A stretch of 59,683 bases of DNA, the filler included. It is 5 parts of 5 records of this genome, joined end to end, with 100 filler letters (N's around TTAATTAATTAA, not from the genome) between each part and the next. Parts side by side here need not be neighbours in the genome. Positions count along the whole stretch, not along the records: positions 11,212 to 31,294 come from SRR2962707_1901; 4 more parts are not named here. The stretch is one strand, 5' to 3'. The notes under the pieces were generated by a model, which did no database searches, was not told the DNA's origin, and was given only the letters and a program-made list of their open reading frames with translations. The position numbers and the translations under genes were made by a program. This document shows positions 17,231 to 26,778 of this stretch, piece by piece (the first letter of the stretch is position 1; each line of letters begins with the position of its first letter).

Positions 17231-18163
17231 TCATACACCACTCTCAATCGCCACGCTGGAACGCATCACGGCCTTGTCCCGCCCCGGTGGTGCGCCAAAC
17301 AGTTTGCGGTAATCGCGGCTGAACTGGGACGGGCTTTCATAGCCAACCCGGTAGCCAACACTCGCCACTTCCTGATCGCTTAACAACAGCCGCCGGGCTT
17401 CCTGCAGGCGCACCAGTTTCTGGAATTGCACGGGCGTTAAACGGGTGATGCTCTTGAAGTGCCGGTGGAAGGTCGCCGGGCTCATACTCGCCATTGCCGC
17501 CAGCTCGGCCACCCGGAAGGGCTGTTGGTAGTTCGCCTGCATCCAGGCCGTTACCCGGCCAATGCGGGCGGTGTCGCTGTCCTTCAGGCCGATCTGCTGC
17601 AGGGCCGGCCCCAGCGGCGAACGCAATATACGCCAACAGATTTCCCGACGGACAAGCGGCTCCAGAACTTCATGGTCATCCGGTTGATCAAGCAACCGGA
17701 GCAGGCGAATGACAGGATCGTACAGGTCATCCGGCATCCCGGCCGTGACCAGTGCCGGTTGTTTTGGGCCCCGATACGCCATTTCCGGATGGGTCACCAG
17801 CAGCTCGGAAATCATCGCCGGATCAATCGACAGGCTCAGCGCCAGATACGGCTTATCGGGGGAGGCCTGCACGATCCGGGAGTTCACTGGCACATTGACG
17901 GACGCCAGCAGGCACTCGCCCTGGCGATAATGAAAAGCCGACTCCCCAACCGCCGTTACCTTGGCCCCCTGCAATACGATGCAGAACGAGGTCTGATAAA
18001 GAGCCCGGATGGTGCCGCTGGGTTCCAGGGCGCGGGTCAGGCGTAAACCGTCTATCGCGCTCTCCGGGCCATGGGTCTGCCATTGTTGCTCGACAAGATC
18101 ACGGAGCCGGCTCAGGGATGGGTTGTCCGGTTGCATTGGTATGACGTTGGGCTGGGCGGTCAT
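17231..18163 (-). CDS. AraC family regulator (YqhC-like)
   Basis: AraC_N domain and C-terminal HTH (VGYESPSQFSRDYRKLFG). Start placed at the ATG after the GGAG RBS. Confidence 0.92.
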   Translation of the reverse strand: MTAQPNVIPMQPDNPSLSRLRDLVEQQWQTHGPESAIDGLRLTRALEPSGTIRALYQTSFCIVLQGAKVTAVGESAFHYRQGECLLASVNVPVNSRIVQASPDKPYLALSLSIDPAMISELLVTHPEMAYRGPKQPALVTAGMPDDLYDPVIRLLRLLDQPDDHEVLEPLVRREICWRILRSPLGPALQQIGLKDSDTARIGRVTAWMQANYQQPFRVAELAAMASMSPATFHRHFKSITRLTPVQFQKLVRLQEARRLLLSDQEVASVGYRVGYESPSQFSRDYRKLFGAPPGRDKAVMRSSVAIESGV

Positions 18164-18359
18164 GGTGATCTCCTGTTCTGATGGGATCATAGACTGTCCG
18201 GCGCCGAACTTCAGCAGGGGCATCCCCAGGCTGATATCAGGTTGCGAGGATTGTGCAATCCTCTGAGAGTTTCCGCCAGCTCGATTGGCCGTGCGTCGCC
18301 TAGTATGAACCCACGGCCCTGCTCCGGCAGGTTCATCCATAACGAAAAGGTGATCGGCT

Positions 18360-19445
18360 ATGACAACGCCCAACTTACCCCAATCCACCCATGACGCACC
18401 CCTGCGCCTGCGGACGCTGGGCAACTCGGGGCTGTTTGTATCGGAACTGTGCCTGGGCACCATGACCTTCGGCGGCGGGGACGACATGTGGGGGCTGATC
18501 GGCCAGTTGCAGCAGGAACAGGCCGACGAGCTGATGAAGACAGCCCTGGAGGCGGGCATCAACTTTATCGATACCGCCAACGTGTATGGTGGTGGTGCCA
18601 GTGAGCGCATCGTGGGCCAATCTCTGAAGAATCTGGACGTCCGCCGCGAAGATGTCGTACTGGCCACCAAGGTGCTCGGCCCAATGGGCGAAGGTCCCAA
18701 TGCCCGTGGCGCTTCCCGTGGCCACATCATGAGCGAGTGCAAGGCCAGCCTGCGGCGACTGCAAACCGACTACATCGATCTTTACCAGATCCACGGCTTC
18801 GACCCGGCCACGCCGATAGAAGAGACCCTGGAGGCGCTGAATACCCTGGTGCAGCACGGCCACGTCCGTTACGTTGGCCTGTCGAACTGGGCCGCCTGGC
18901 AGGTGATGAAAGCCGTTGGCATTACCCGAGCCCGCCGCCTGTGCCCGATTCTGTCGCTGCAGGCTTACTACACCCTCGTGGGCCGGGATCTCGAACGGGA
19001 AGTGATCCCCATGCTGGAGTCCGAAAACATCGGCTTGATGGTGTGGAGCCCGCTGGCAGGCGGCTATCTCTCCGGCAAGTACGAAGGGCCGGACGCCTCC
19101 GAGGAGAGCCGGCGCGCCAAGTTTGATTTCCCGCCCGTCAACCGGGAGCGTGGCAGTGCTGTCATCGCCGTGATGCGGGAGATCGCCACCGGCAAGAAGG
19201 TCGACGGCCAGCCCGTCAGTGTGGCTCAGATTGCGCTTGCCTGGCTGCTGCACCAGAACGCCGTAACCAGTGTGATTGTCGGGGCCAAGCGGGTAGACCA
19301 GTTGCGGGACAATCTCCTGGCGGCACAGGTCCGGTTCTCAGCCGACGAACTGGCAGCCCTGGATGAGGTCAGCCGCCTACCGACGGAGTATCCGGGCTGG
19401 ATGCTGGAGCGACAGGGGGAGTATCGGGCGCATATGAAGGCGTGA
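18360..19445 (+). CDS. Aldo/keto reductase
   Basis: LCLGTMTFG, DTANVYG, DYIDLYQIH, WSPLAGG. Divergent from the AraC gene. Confidence 0.95.
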   Translation: MTTPNLPQSTHDAPLRLRTLGNSGLFVSELCLGTMTFGGGDDMWGLIGQLQQEQADELMKTALEAGINFIDTANVYGGGASERIVGQSLKNLDVRREDVVLATKVLGPMGEGPNARGASRGHIMSECKASLRRLQTDYIDLYQIHGFDPATPIEETLEALNTLVQHGHVRYVGLSNWAAWQVMKAVGITRARRLCPILSLQAYYTLVGRDLEREVIPMLESENIGLMVWSPLAGGYLSGKYEGPDASEESRRAKFDFPPVNRERGSAVIAVMREIATGKKVDGQPVSVAQIALAWLLHQNAVTSVIVGAKRVDQLRDNLLAAQVRFSADELAALDEVSRLPTEYPGWMLERQGEYRAHMKA

Positions 19446-19565
19446 TATTCGACCCGGGAGCATTGGCGGTGCTCACGGAAGGTGTCCGTGGCAGCTTGTC
19501 AGTAGGCCGCCATCATGCTTCACTTTCCGGGTTCGTACCTACACACCCCAACCGGAGACGACCCT

Positions 19566-20246
19566 ATGTCCACCCCAGTCACTGCCAGTTCAATAATGCC
19601 ACCCATGACCCGGTGGCTTTGGCTGGTGTTACTTAGTGTCGCGCTGCTGGGCGGTTGTTCCTCGCTGTACTACAACACCATGGAAAAGCTCGGCTTTGAA
19701 AAGCGCGACATCCTGGTGGACCGGGTGGAAAATGCCCGAGACAGCCAGAACGATGCCCAGGAGACGTTCCGCTCGTCCCTTGAACGTTTCCAGAGCGTGG
19801 TGGACACGCCGGATACCGATCTCAAGGAGCGCTACACCGAGATCAGCGATGCCTACGAAGACAGCAAGTCCAGCGCGGAAGATGTCCGTGACCGTATCGA
19901 CAAGGTGGAAGACGTTGCAGAAGCCCTCTTCGATGAATGGGAAGACGAACTCGGTGAATACGAAAGCGACTCCCTGCGCCGCAGCAGCGAACAACAGCTT
20001 GATGAAACCCGCACCCAGTACAGCCAGTTGATCAGCCGCATGCACGATGCCGAGGAGCGCATGGACCCGGTACTGGAGGCATTTCAGGATCAGGTGCTGT
20101 ATCTCAAGCACAATCTGAACGCCCAGGCGATCGGCTCGCTGGAGAATGAGCTGGTGGGTATCCGCCAGGACGTGGATGCGCTGATTCGCAATATGGAGCA
20201 GTCGATTGCGGAATCCGAGGCATTTATCCGGCGTTTTCGTCAGTAA
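19566..20246 (+). CDS. DUF2959 family lipoprotein (start uncertain)
   Basis: Lipobox LGGC, KRDILVDRVE, LYLKHNLNAQAI. Confidence 0.85.
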   Translation: MSTPVTASSIMPPMTRWLWLVLLSVALLGGCSSLYYNTMEKLGFEKRDILVDRVENARDSQNDAQETFRSSLERFQSVVDTPDTDLKERYTEISDAYEDSKSSAEDVRDRIDKVEDVAEALFDEWEDELGEYESDSLRRSSEQQLDETRTQYSQLISRMHDAEERMDPVLEAFQDQVLYLKHNLNAQAIGSLENELVGIRQDVDALIRNMEQSIAESEAFIRRFRQ

Positions 20247-20263
20247 GTCAGAGCGACGAAGCC

Positions 20264-20560
20264 CTATAGCAAATGCCCCTCGGGCAACATGCGCTTATGA
20301 AGGATCCGGATAATTTCAGTTGCACCGTCTGCAGCTAACCGATAAAAAATGATATGGCTGCCCTGAGGGTATTGCTGGTAGCCAGGGCTGATTTCGTGGC
20401 AGGCCCGCCCCAGGTTCGGGTTTTCGCCCAGGAGGTGGAAACACTGGTCGAACTGAAGGAGGTAATGATTTCGTTGATCTCGACCCCACTTACGTTCCGT
20501 GTAAAGTGCAATCGATCTAAGATCAGCTTTGGCCTTCCTGGAAAGCTTGAAGTTTGGCAT
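20264..20560 (-). CDS. parE: ParE-family toxin
   Basis: LSRKAKADLRSIALYT, HIIFYR, IIRILH. Confidence 0.92.
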   Translation of the reverse strand: MPNFKLSRKAKADLRSIALYTERKWGRDQRNHYLLQFDQCFHLLGENPNLGRACHEISPGYQQYPQGSHIIFYRLAADGATEIIRILHKRMLPEGHLL

Positions 20561-20799
20561 TATCGTTTTTCGCTATCCAGCTCCTGAATGAATGAATCGT
20601 AGGAGTAGTCTTCAAAACCACTGTCCTCTCCTTCCTTAAGTAATTTTCGGAGTGTTGTCAGACGGGTTTCAGACTCTTCAAGCAGGCGCAACCCTGCACG
20701 TACAACTTCGCTGGTCGAGCTGTATCGGCCATTTTTGAGCTGTTCTGTAATGAACGCATCAAAGTGTTGGCCTAAAGTGATGCTGGTATTCTTTTGCAT
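20560..20799 (-). CDS. parD: ParD-family RHH antitoxin
   Basis: NTSITLGQHF, GRYSSTSEVVRAGLRLLEE. Overlaps the toxin by 1 nt. Confidence 0.92.
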   Translation of the reverse strand: MQKNTSITLGQHFDAFITEQLKNGRYSSTSEVVRAGLRLLEESETRLTTLRKLLKEGEDSGFEDYSYDSFIQELDSEKR

Positions 20800-20815
20800 C
20801 GTGACACCTCACTGG

Positions 20816-20830
20816 TACCAATAATTGGTA
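20816..20830. promoter_or_regulatory. Palindromic operator, probable ParD autoregulatory site
   Basis: TACCAAT-A-ATTGGTA, 16 nt upstream of the parD start. Confidence 0.6.
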
Positions 20831-20893
20831 TATTTTGATCTAGACTGGGGTGCATTTCAATCCGTGCGATGCCTCCCTTATCACCGCCACCCG

Positions 20894-21092
20894 CAGAGTC
20901 AGAGCGACAAAGTGTCGAAGGTGCCTTCGACGGCCTCCACAAAGCTGCGCTCCTATATTGAAAGGGGGCAAGTTCGTGTCTGATGCCGGGAACGCCCCGC
21001 TACGCCAAGAGCCCGGTGCGGGACGAGGAAACCTACCGTAAGAAACTGGCGATCACTCAGGGATACTTCCGGCCAGACTGGTCGGTTCTGGA
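20894..21092. pseudogene. Fused remnants of a NIPSNAP gene (3' part) and a SAM-methyltransferase gene (5' part)
   Basis: 20894-20952 aligns to 22985-23054, and 20994-21092 aligns to 23493-23593. Confidence 0.85.
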
Positions 21093-21163
21093 TCGGTTTT
21101 CCTAATCGCCCGGAAGTGACTCGTTAACTTCAATCATTGCTCAAAGGTAAAATTACAATGTGA

Positions 21164-21191
21164 TGTCGATTTCACATGCTCCGGTTCGACT
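21164..21191 (+). promoter_or_regulatory. ECF42-like promoter TGTCGA-N17-CGACT
   Basis: Identical motif and spacing to 14945 and 24358. Upstream of the GST gene. Confidence 0.65.
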
Positions 21192-21242
21192 TAATTAAGA
21201 ACCCATCGAACAAACGGTGCCCACGCATCGGAGGAGCAGGAA

Positions 21243-21875
21243 ATGCTGAAATTATATGGAACACCCCCAACCCGTGCCTTGCGCGTTGTCTGGCTGCTTA
21301 ACGAACTGGGCCTTGAGCACGAACTGCACCCGGTAGACCTTATGCAGGATGAGCATCACCAACAGGACTTTCTTTCTCTCAACCCTGCCGCCAAGGTGCC
21401 GGTATTGGTGGATGGAAACCTTGTGTTAACTGAATCAGCCGCAATCCAGCTCTACCTGGCAGAAAAATACCCTCAGGCCGGATTCATTCCCGAGACATTG
21501 GAAGACAGGGCACAGATGTACCGCTGGATGTTCTTCCTTGTGACCGAGGTCGAACAACCATTGTGGCGAATCGCCCGCCACACGTTCGTTTACCCGGACG
21601 AGAAGCGAATACCTCAGGATGTCGAGCTGGCGAGACAGGAATGCCTGGAAATGATAGCGGTGCTTGAACGGCACATGTCGGAACGCGAGTTCATGGTTGG
21701 CGACCGGCTAAGCGTGGCGGATTTCAACGCGGCATATACACTGGACTGGGCCAACACAGAGGAGGTGCTTGAGAGCGCTCCGCGGTTGCGGGACTATCTC
21801 AAGGCAATGTTCGCCCGCCCCACAGCTCCGCCAACCATCGCTGAAGCGTTCGCTGCGATGGAAAGCAGCGGCTGA
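21243..21875 (+). CDS. Glutathione S-transferase
   Basis: LNPAAKVPVL, LTESAAI, SVADF. Confidence 0.95.
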   Translation: MLKLYGTPPTRALRVVWLLNELGLEHELHPVDLMQDEHHQQDFLSLNPAAKVPVLVDGNLVLTESAAIQLYLAEKYPQAGFIPETLEDRAQMYRWMFFLVTEVEQPLWRIARHTFVYPDEKRIPQDVELARQECLEMIAVLERHMSEREFMVGDRLSVADFNAAYTLDWANTEEVLESAPRLRDYLKAMFARPTAPPTIAEAFAAMESSG

Positions 21876-21923
21876 GGGTTAACAGGGGTACTGTCCATGG
21901 CCTTCGGAAACGCTTCGCCACAA

Positions 21924-22625
21924 TCACACCTCACTCCAGCGTGCCGCACCCAACCAGCGGCACAAGGCTGTGGCGCCTTTCGCAGTCACTTTTAATTCGC
22001 GACCTGCCTCACGCCGTCGCAGATAGTCGTTATCGAGCAGGTGGTTGCAAATTTGCTGTCCCAAAGGGCCGGCTATGTGAAACCGGCGCTCGCTCCAGTC
22101 GAGACATGGGCGACACAAAGACACGGAGTTAACAGATTGGGGCTGGCCGAACGACAATCCAATGGGCGCCAATGCTGCCTGCAGCCGGTCTGTTAGAGCG
22201 CCCCCATCAGGTTCGAGCACAATGGCTTGCTCTGCCACCAAATAGTCTGCAACGGCAACACCCAGGCGACCACCAAGATGGTCGTAACACATCCTTGCCC
22301 GCCTCATGCCGGGATCGCGTGGACCGGTATCGACCCTGGGCGGTTTCCGGCCCAACGCGGCGACCTGCATGATGCCCTCCAGCATTGTCGCCACCTCCCT
22401 TGACGCCAGGCGATGGTATCGATGCCGCCCTTGTTTCAGCAACACCAACAACTCCGCCTCAACCAGAAGCGACAGGTGACCGCTGGCGGTCTGAGGAGAA
22501 ACCCCTCCTATTCTCGCCAACTCATGCGCGGTATACGCACGGCCATCCATGAGTGCCAGCAACATGGTAGCGCGGGCAGGAACTCCCACTAGTGACGCTA
22601 TTCGGGCAATTTCGTTCGTGTTCAC
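21924..22625 (-). CDS. ArsR-family HTH regulator
   Basis: ARATMLLALMDG, SPQTASGHL, QGRHRY, CYDHLGG, CLDWSERRFH. Confidence 0.9.
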   Translation of the reverse strand: MNTNEIARIASLVGVPARATMLLALMDGRAYTAHELARIGGVSPQTASGHLSLLVEAELLVLLKQGRHRYHRLASREVATMLEGIMQVAALGRKPPRVDTGPRDPGMRRARMCYDHLGGRLGVAVADYLVAEQAIVLEPDGGALTDRLQAALAPIGLSFGQPQSVNSVSLCRPCLDWSERRFHIAGPLGQQICNHLLDNDYLRRREAGRELKVTAKGATALCRWLGAARWSEV

Positions 22626-22969
22626 GAGTTATGATGAGCCTTTGAATCGTTAGGCGCTGCTGATCGATCAGAAAGCCCATAATTCCGGACAACGTCCGCC
22701 ACTCTCAACCGATAGTCGGAAAAGATATCACTCCGTCCTTTTGCCTGGGCGTGACGATGGGCTTCCATGTTCCGCCATTGCGCAATGGCGGCTTCATCCC
22801 GCCAGAGCGACAGGGACAGTATCCGGCCAGGGTGCGTGAGGCTCTCGAAACGCTCAATGGATATGAAGCCGTCTATTTGTTCTAACAGCGGCGCCAACGC
22901 GGCTGCTTCATCGAGGTATTCGGCGGTTTTACCCGGGCGTGGTTCCAACTCAAATATCACTGCCAACAT
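22622..22969 (-). CDS. ABM monooxygenase family protein
   Basis: MLAVIFE, IDGFISIERFES, LSLSLWRDE. Confidence 0.9.
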   Translation of the reverse strand: MLAVIFELEPRPGKTAEYLDEAAALAPLLEQIDGFISIERFESLTHPGRILSLSLWRDEAAIAQWRNMEAHRHAQAKGRSDIFSDYRLRVADVVRNYGLSDRSAAPNDSKAHHNS

Positions 22970-22970
22970 T

Positions 22971-23330
22971 TTAGATCTCCTCCACAGAGTCAGAGCGACG
23001 ACGTGTTGAAGGTACATTCACGGTGCCTTCGGCGGCTTCCACAAAGCTGCGCTCTTCCCGTAGTATAAAGCGCAGGGATTCAGCGAGCGCAAAGTTCCTT
23101 TTCCCGGCCTCATCCGCCTTCAGGCGACACCGATACGATTCGTAGCTTGCAAGAGAATCAAACCCGATAAGGCCCCAGGCGATGTCGTTGGTTCCTTCCG
23201 AGGGCAGGAAGTAGCCGATCAAGTCACCGCCGCAACGTGGAATGATGTCACCCCAGTTTTTGGCGTAAACTTTAAACTGCTCTTTCTGGAACGGGTCTAT
23301 CTGATAGCGAATGACGCAAACGATGGGCAT
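22971..23330 (-). CDS. NIPSNAP family protein
   Basis: [28 protein letters not shown]. Confidence 0.9.
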   Translation of the reverse strand: MPIVCVIRYQIDPFQKEQFKVYAKNWGDIIPRCGGDLIGYFLPSEGTNDIAWGLIGFDSLASYESYRCRLKADEAGKRNFALAESLRFILREERSFVEAAEGTVNVPSTRRRSDSVEEI

Positions 23331-23459
23331 TGAAAGCCTCCTGAACCGTTAGTTTAGGCGCCTATTGTGCAACTTAATTCAATGCGAATGTTTCGCTGTG
23401 GACCGAAGTGAATCCGGGACAGATTTTACTGACAGCCTGCTTACAGGAGCGTTTGCACG

Positions 23460-24074
23460 ATGAAGGCCTCAAAGGAATTCTGGGACAAGAGCGCACCCCG
23501 ATATGCGAAAAGCCCGGTGCGGGACGAGGAAACCTACCGGAAAAAACTCGACATCACCCAAGGATATTTCCGGCCAGACTGGTCGGTACTGGAGTTCGGC
23601 TGTGGAACCGGCAGCACTGCCCTGGTTCATGCGCCCTATGTAAAAGAAATTCTTGCGACCGACATATCCGGCAAAATGCTGGACATCGCCACGCAGAAAG
23701 CCCGCGATGCTGGTGTCGAGAACGTGCGCTTTCAGCAGGGCACCATGGAAACCCTGGCGCTGGAGGCGGAAACCTTTGATGCGGTGCTGGGGCTCAATAT
23801 TCTCCATCTGCTGGACAACCCCGAAACGGCGATTGCCCGGGTTCATGAACTGCTGAAACCCGGTGGCGTTTTTGTTTCCAGCACCGCCCTGGTGGGCGAA
23901 CTGATGGTGCTCTGGCGGCTGTTGATTCCTGCCATGCAGGCGATGGGATTGGCGCCGTTTGTGAACCGCTTTAGCCGGCAGTCACTGGTGACGATGCTGG
24001 CCAAGGCAGGGTTCAGCATCGATTATGAATGGCAGCCGGGTAAGTCGTCAGTGTTTTTGGTGGCCCGGAAGTAA
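23460..24074 (+). CDS. Class I SAM-dependent (small-molecule) methyltransferase
   Basis: VLEFGCGTG, DISGKM, LKPGG. Confidence 0.92.
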   Translation: MKASKEFWDKSAPRYAKSPVRDEETYRKKLDITQGYFRPDWSVLEFGCGTGSTALVHAPYVKEILATDISGKMLDIATQKARDAGVENVRFQQGTMETLALEAETFDAVLGLNILHLLDNPETAIARVHELLKPGGVFVSSTALVGELMVLWRLLIPAMQAMGLAPFVNRFSRQSLVTMLAKAGFSIDYEWQPGKSSVFLVARK

Positions 24075-24116
24075 CCCTGTCAACAGAGACCCCTGTTGGC
24101 TCAACGAGGATTTAGT

Positions 24117-24329
24117 ATGGCAGAAGTACCACAGAAACAGTCCGGAACCAGCGGCTACTCCTGGAAACTGTCTGCCGTTGCAGCCGTGGCGTCTGTCATC
24201 GGCGCGGTAGTCTCGTTCGGGGAGGTATCACCAATCATCACCGGGTTGATTCTCCTTGCCGCCGTTGGCTGGGGCTTTACCGCACGGGACAACAAACGAG
24301 CGGCGGAACAGGCAAAAGACGCACAATAA
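24117..24329 (+). CDS. Small two-TM membrane protein
   Basis: GAGGA RBS and two hydrophobic helices. Confidence 0.6.
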   Translation: MAEVPQKQSGTSGYSWKLSAVAAVASVIGAVVSFGEVSPIITGLILLAAVGWGFTARDNKRAAEQAKDAQ

Positions 24330-24357
24330 ACGACATCCCTGAAATTTTTTCTTCCCC

Positions 24358-24385
24358 TGTCGATTTCGTCCCGCCCCACCCGACT
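24358..24385 (+). promoter_or_regulatory. ECF42-like promoter TGTCGA-N17-CGACT
   Basis: Third copy, upstream of the DGPF-VOC fusion gene. Confidence 0.7.
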
Positions 24386-24424
24386 AACCAGTGAAACAAC
24401 CAACAATCACTGGAGAACGACGAC

Positions 24425-25246
24425 ATGAAATACATGCTGATGCGCAAGGCCGATGTGGACACCGAGAACGGCGTAATGCCCACGGACGACCTCTTGCAGG
24501 CGATGGCTGACTACAATGAGCGAATGACGCAGGCCGGGGTGTTTACCGATGGCAATGGTCTACGTCCCACACGGGAAGGATGTCGCATTCAGTTCCGCAA
24601 CGGCGAGCCCACCGTTATCAACGGCCCCTTCGAGCAAACCCGCGAGCTGCTGGCCGGCTACAGTGTGCTTGAGGTGGATTCTTTTGAAGACGCCATCGCC
24701 TGGGCAAAACAGTGGCCAAAAGAGGATGCTGGCGGCAATGTCACCCTTGAGTTACGCCGTTACTTTACGCTGGAGGATTTCGCGCCCAGCCCCGCACTTG
24801 AGAAGCATCGTTCGCAGGAAAAACTGCCACGGGAGATGAACGTGCACGTGGCGTTTGGCGGCAACTGCCGGGAAGCCATGGAATTCTATGCGGAGGTCAC
24901 CGCCGGCACTCTCGAAGCCGTGATTACCTACGGCGAAACGCCAGCGGCAGAGGATGTGCCGAAGGAAATGCACGACCGCGTTGTTCATTCCTCCCTTAAC
25001 ATCCGTGGCCGTCGGCTGATGGGGGCGGATATGGCGGGAGACTGTTATCAGGCGCCGCAGGGTACGCAGATCCACCTTGAATACGATGATACCGAGCAGG
25101 CGGAGCGGGTTTTCCGGGCACTGTCCGAAGGAGGCGCAGAGATCATGCCGTTCGAACAGACCTTCTGGGCGCATCGTTTCGGAATGACCAAGGATCGATT
25201 TGGGGTCCAGTGGATGATCAGCAGCGGGCTTGAGCAGTGCCAGTAA
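24425..25246 (+). CDS. YciI/DGPF domain fused to PhnB-like VOC domain
   Basis: N-half NGPFEQTRELLAGY. C-half FGGNCREAMEFY and DRFGVQWMI. Confidence 0.88.
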   Translation: MKYMLMRKADVDTENGVMPTDDLLQAMADYNERMTQAGVFTDGNGLRPTREGCRIQFRNGEPTVINGPFEQTRELLAGYSVLEVDSFEDAIAWAKQWPKEDAGGNVTLELRRYFTLEDFAPSPALEKHRSQEKLPREMNVHVAFGGNCREAMEFYAEVTAGTLEAVITYGETPAAEDVPKEMHDRVVHSSLNIRGRRLMGADMAGDCYQAPQGTQIHLEYDDTEQAERVFRALSEGGAEIMPFEQTFWAHRFGMTKDRFGVQWMISSGLEQCQ

Positions 25247-25270
25247 ATGACAACAACCGGGAGCCATTCA

Positions 25271-25756
25271 ATGACCAAGCGAGCGAAAAACACCATATGC
25301 CTCTGGTACAACGGCGATGCTGAGGAGGCGGCAAATTTCTACGCCAGAACCTTCCCGGATTCGTCCGTGGATGCTGTAAATCATGCGCCGGCAGACTACC
25401 CATCAGGCTCGGAAGGGGATGTACTGACGGTGGAGTTTACCGTGCTGGGCATTCCCTGCCTCGGGCTCAATGGTGGCCCCATCTTCACGCACAGCGAAGC
25501 GTTTTCATTCCAGGTGGCCACCGCGGATCAGGAGGAAACCGATCGCTACTGGAACGCGATTGTGGGCAACGGCGGTGAGGAAAGTGCCTGCGGCTGGTGC
25601 CGGGACAAGTGGGGTATTTCCTGGCAGATTACGCCGCAGGTGCTGTCAGACGCCATTGCCGACCCGGACCGCGCAACCGCGAAACGGGTGTTCGAGGCCA
25701 TGATGACGATGGGGAAGATCGATGTTGCGGCTATTGAGGCGGCACGGCGAGGGTAG
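25271..25756 (+). CDS. VOC family protein (3-demethylubiquinone-9 3-methyltransferase-like)
   Basis: TICLWY, LNGGP, CGWCRDKWGISWQI. Confidence 0.92.
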   Translation: MTKRAKNTICLWYNGDAEEAANFYARTFPDSSVDAVNHAPADYPSGSEGDVLTVEFTVLGIPCLGLNGGPIFTHSEAFSFQVATADQEETDRYWNAIVGNGGEESACGWCRDKWGISWQITPQVLSDAIADPDRATAKRVFEAMMTMGKIDVAAIEAARRG

Positions 25757-25770
25757 AAACACAGCTACGC

Positions 25771-26661
25771 CTACACAACCTCCGGAAACGCCGACACCAG
25801 GAAATCCACCAGCGCCCTCACCTTGGGAGTGACGAACTTGCGGGTGGGATAGACCGCGTACACACCCAGTTCGTCGGAGCGGTAATCCGGCATCAGCTCC
25901 ACCAGTCGGCCTGCGTCCAGGTCATCCTGCACCAGGAAACTGGGCTGGTGGATCACCCCTTGACCGGCCAGGGCGGCGGCACAGCAGGTTTCGCCGTTGT
26001 TGGCATGCATCCAGGGGCGTATCCGTGTGCTTAATGGTCCATCCGGACCATCAAAATGCCAGTCGTTACCCGTGGCCAGGTTGCTGTAGGCGATGATCTT
26101 GTGATGGATCAGGTCACCGGGATGTTCTGGCGTGCCGTGGGCGCTGAGGTATCCGGGAGAGGCGCAGACAACAAGCCGCGTGGTGGTGAGACGCCGGCTG
26201 ACCAGGGTGGAATTTCTCAAGCTGGCAATTCGGATCGCCAGATCAAAGCCTTCCTCAACAATATCCACAATGCGGTCGGACAGGTCGATGTTGAGTTCCA
26301 CATCCGGATATTCACTATGAAATTGCCCCCACAAGGGCGCAAGGTGGCGAATGCCAAAACTCACCGGGGCATTAATGCGCAACACACCCTTGGCGACGCC
26401 GCTGCGTGAGGTCAGTTCTGCCTCCGCCTCTTCCACTCCCGCCAGCAGTTCCCGGCATCGCACGTAGAACACTTCCCCTTCCGCGGTCAGCGACAGTCGC
26501 CGGGTGGTGCGGTGAAGAAGTCGCACCCCAAGCCGGGACTCGAGTTCACCAACGTAGCGGGATACAGCGGCTTTCGACATCCCCATTGCCTCCGAGGCGG
26601 CCACAAAACTGCTCTCGTCCACAACGGCGCAGAAGGTCTGCATCTCCAGCAATCTATCCAT
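25771..26661 (-). CDS. LysR family regulator
   Basis: SFVAAS, LESRLGVRLLHRTTR, EEGFDLAIR. Confidence 0.95.
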   Translation of the reverse strand: MDRLLEMQTFCAVVDESSFVAASEAMGMSKAAVSRYVGELESRLGVRLLHRTTRRLSLTAEGEVFYVRCRELLAGVEEAEAELTSRSGVAKGVLRINAPVSFGIRHLAPLWGQFHSEYPDVELNIDLSDRIVDIVEEGFDLAIRIASLRNSTLVSRRLTTTRLVVCASPGYLSAHGTPEHPGDLIHHKIIAYSNLATGNDWHFDGPDGPLSTRIRPWMHANNGETCCAAALAGQGVIHQPSFLVQDDLDAGRLVELMPDYRSDELGVYAVYPTRKFVTPKVRALVDFLVSAFPEVV

Positions 26662-26778
26662 TCTATTGTTCCGATTTTTGAGACAGTTAATCCAATAAAG
26701 GCATGTTTATCCCAAAATTAGATATTCGTAAAGTATCCCCATGCTCAACACACATCTCATACACAAGGAAACAGGATC

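Noticed and set aside
17231-18742. 503-aa version of the AraC ORF
   Set aside because: The N-terminal 193 codons are antisense to the aldo/keto reductase and its promoter region. The likely start is 18163.
23460-24074. Second DNA methyltransferase
   Set aside because: It lacks DPPY/SPPY/PC motifs and looks like a small-molecule class I methyltransferase.
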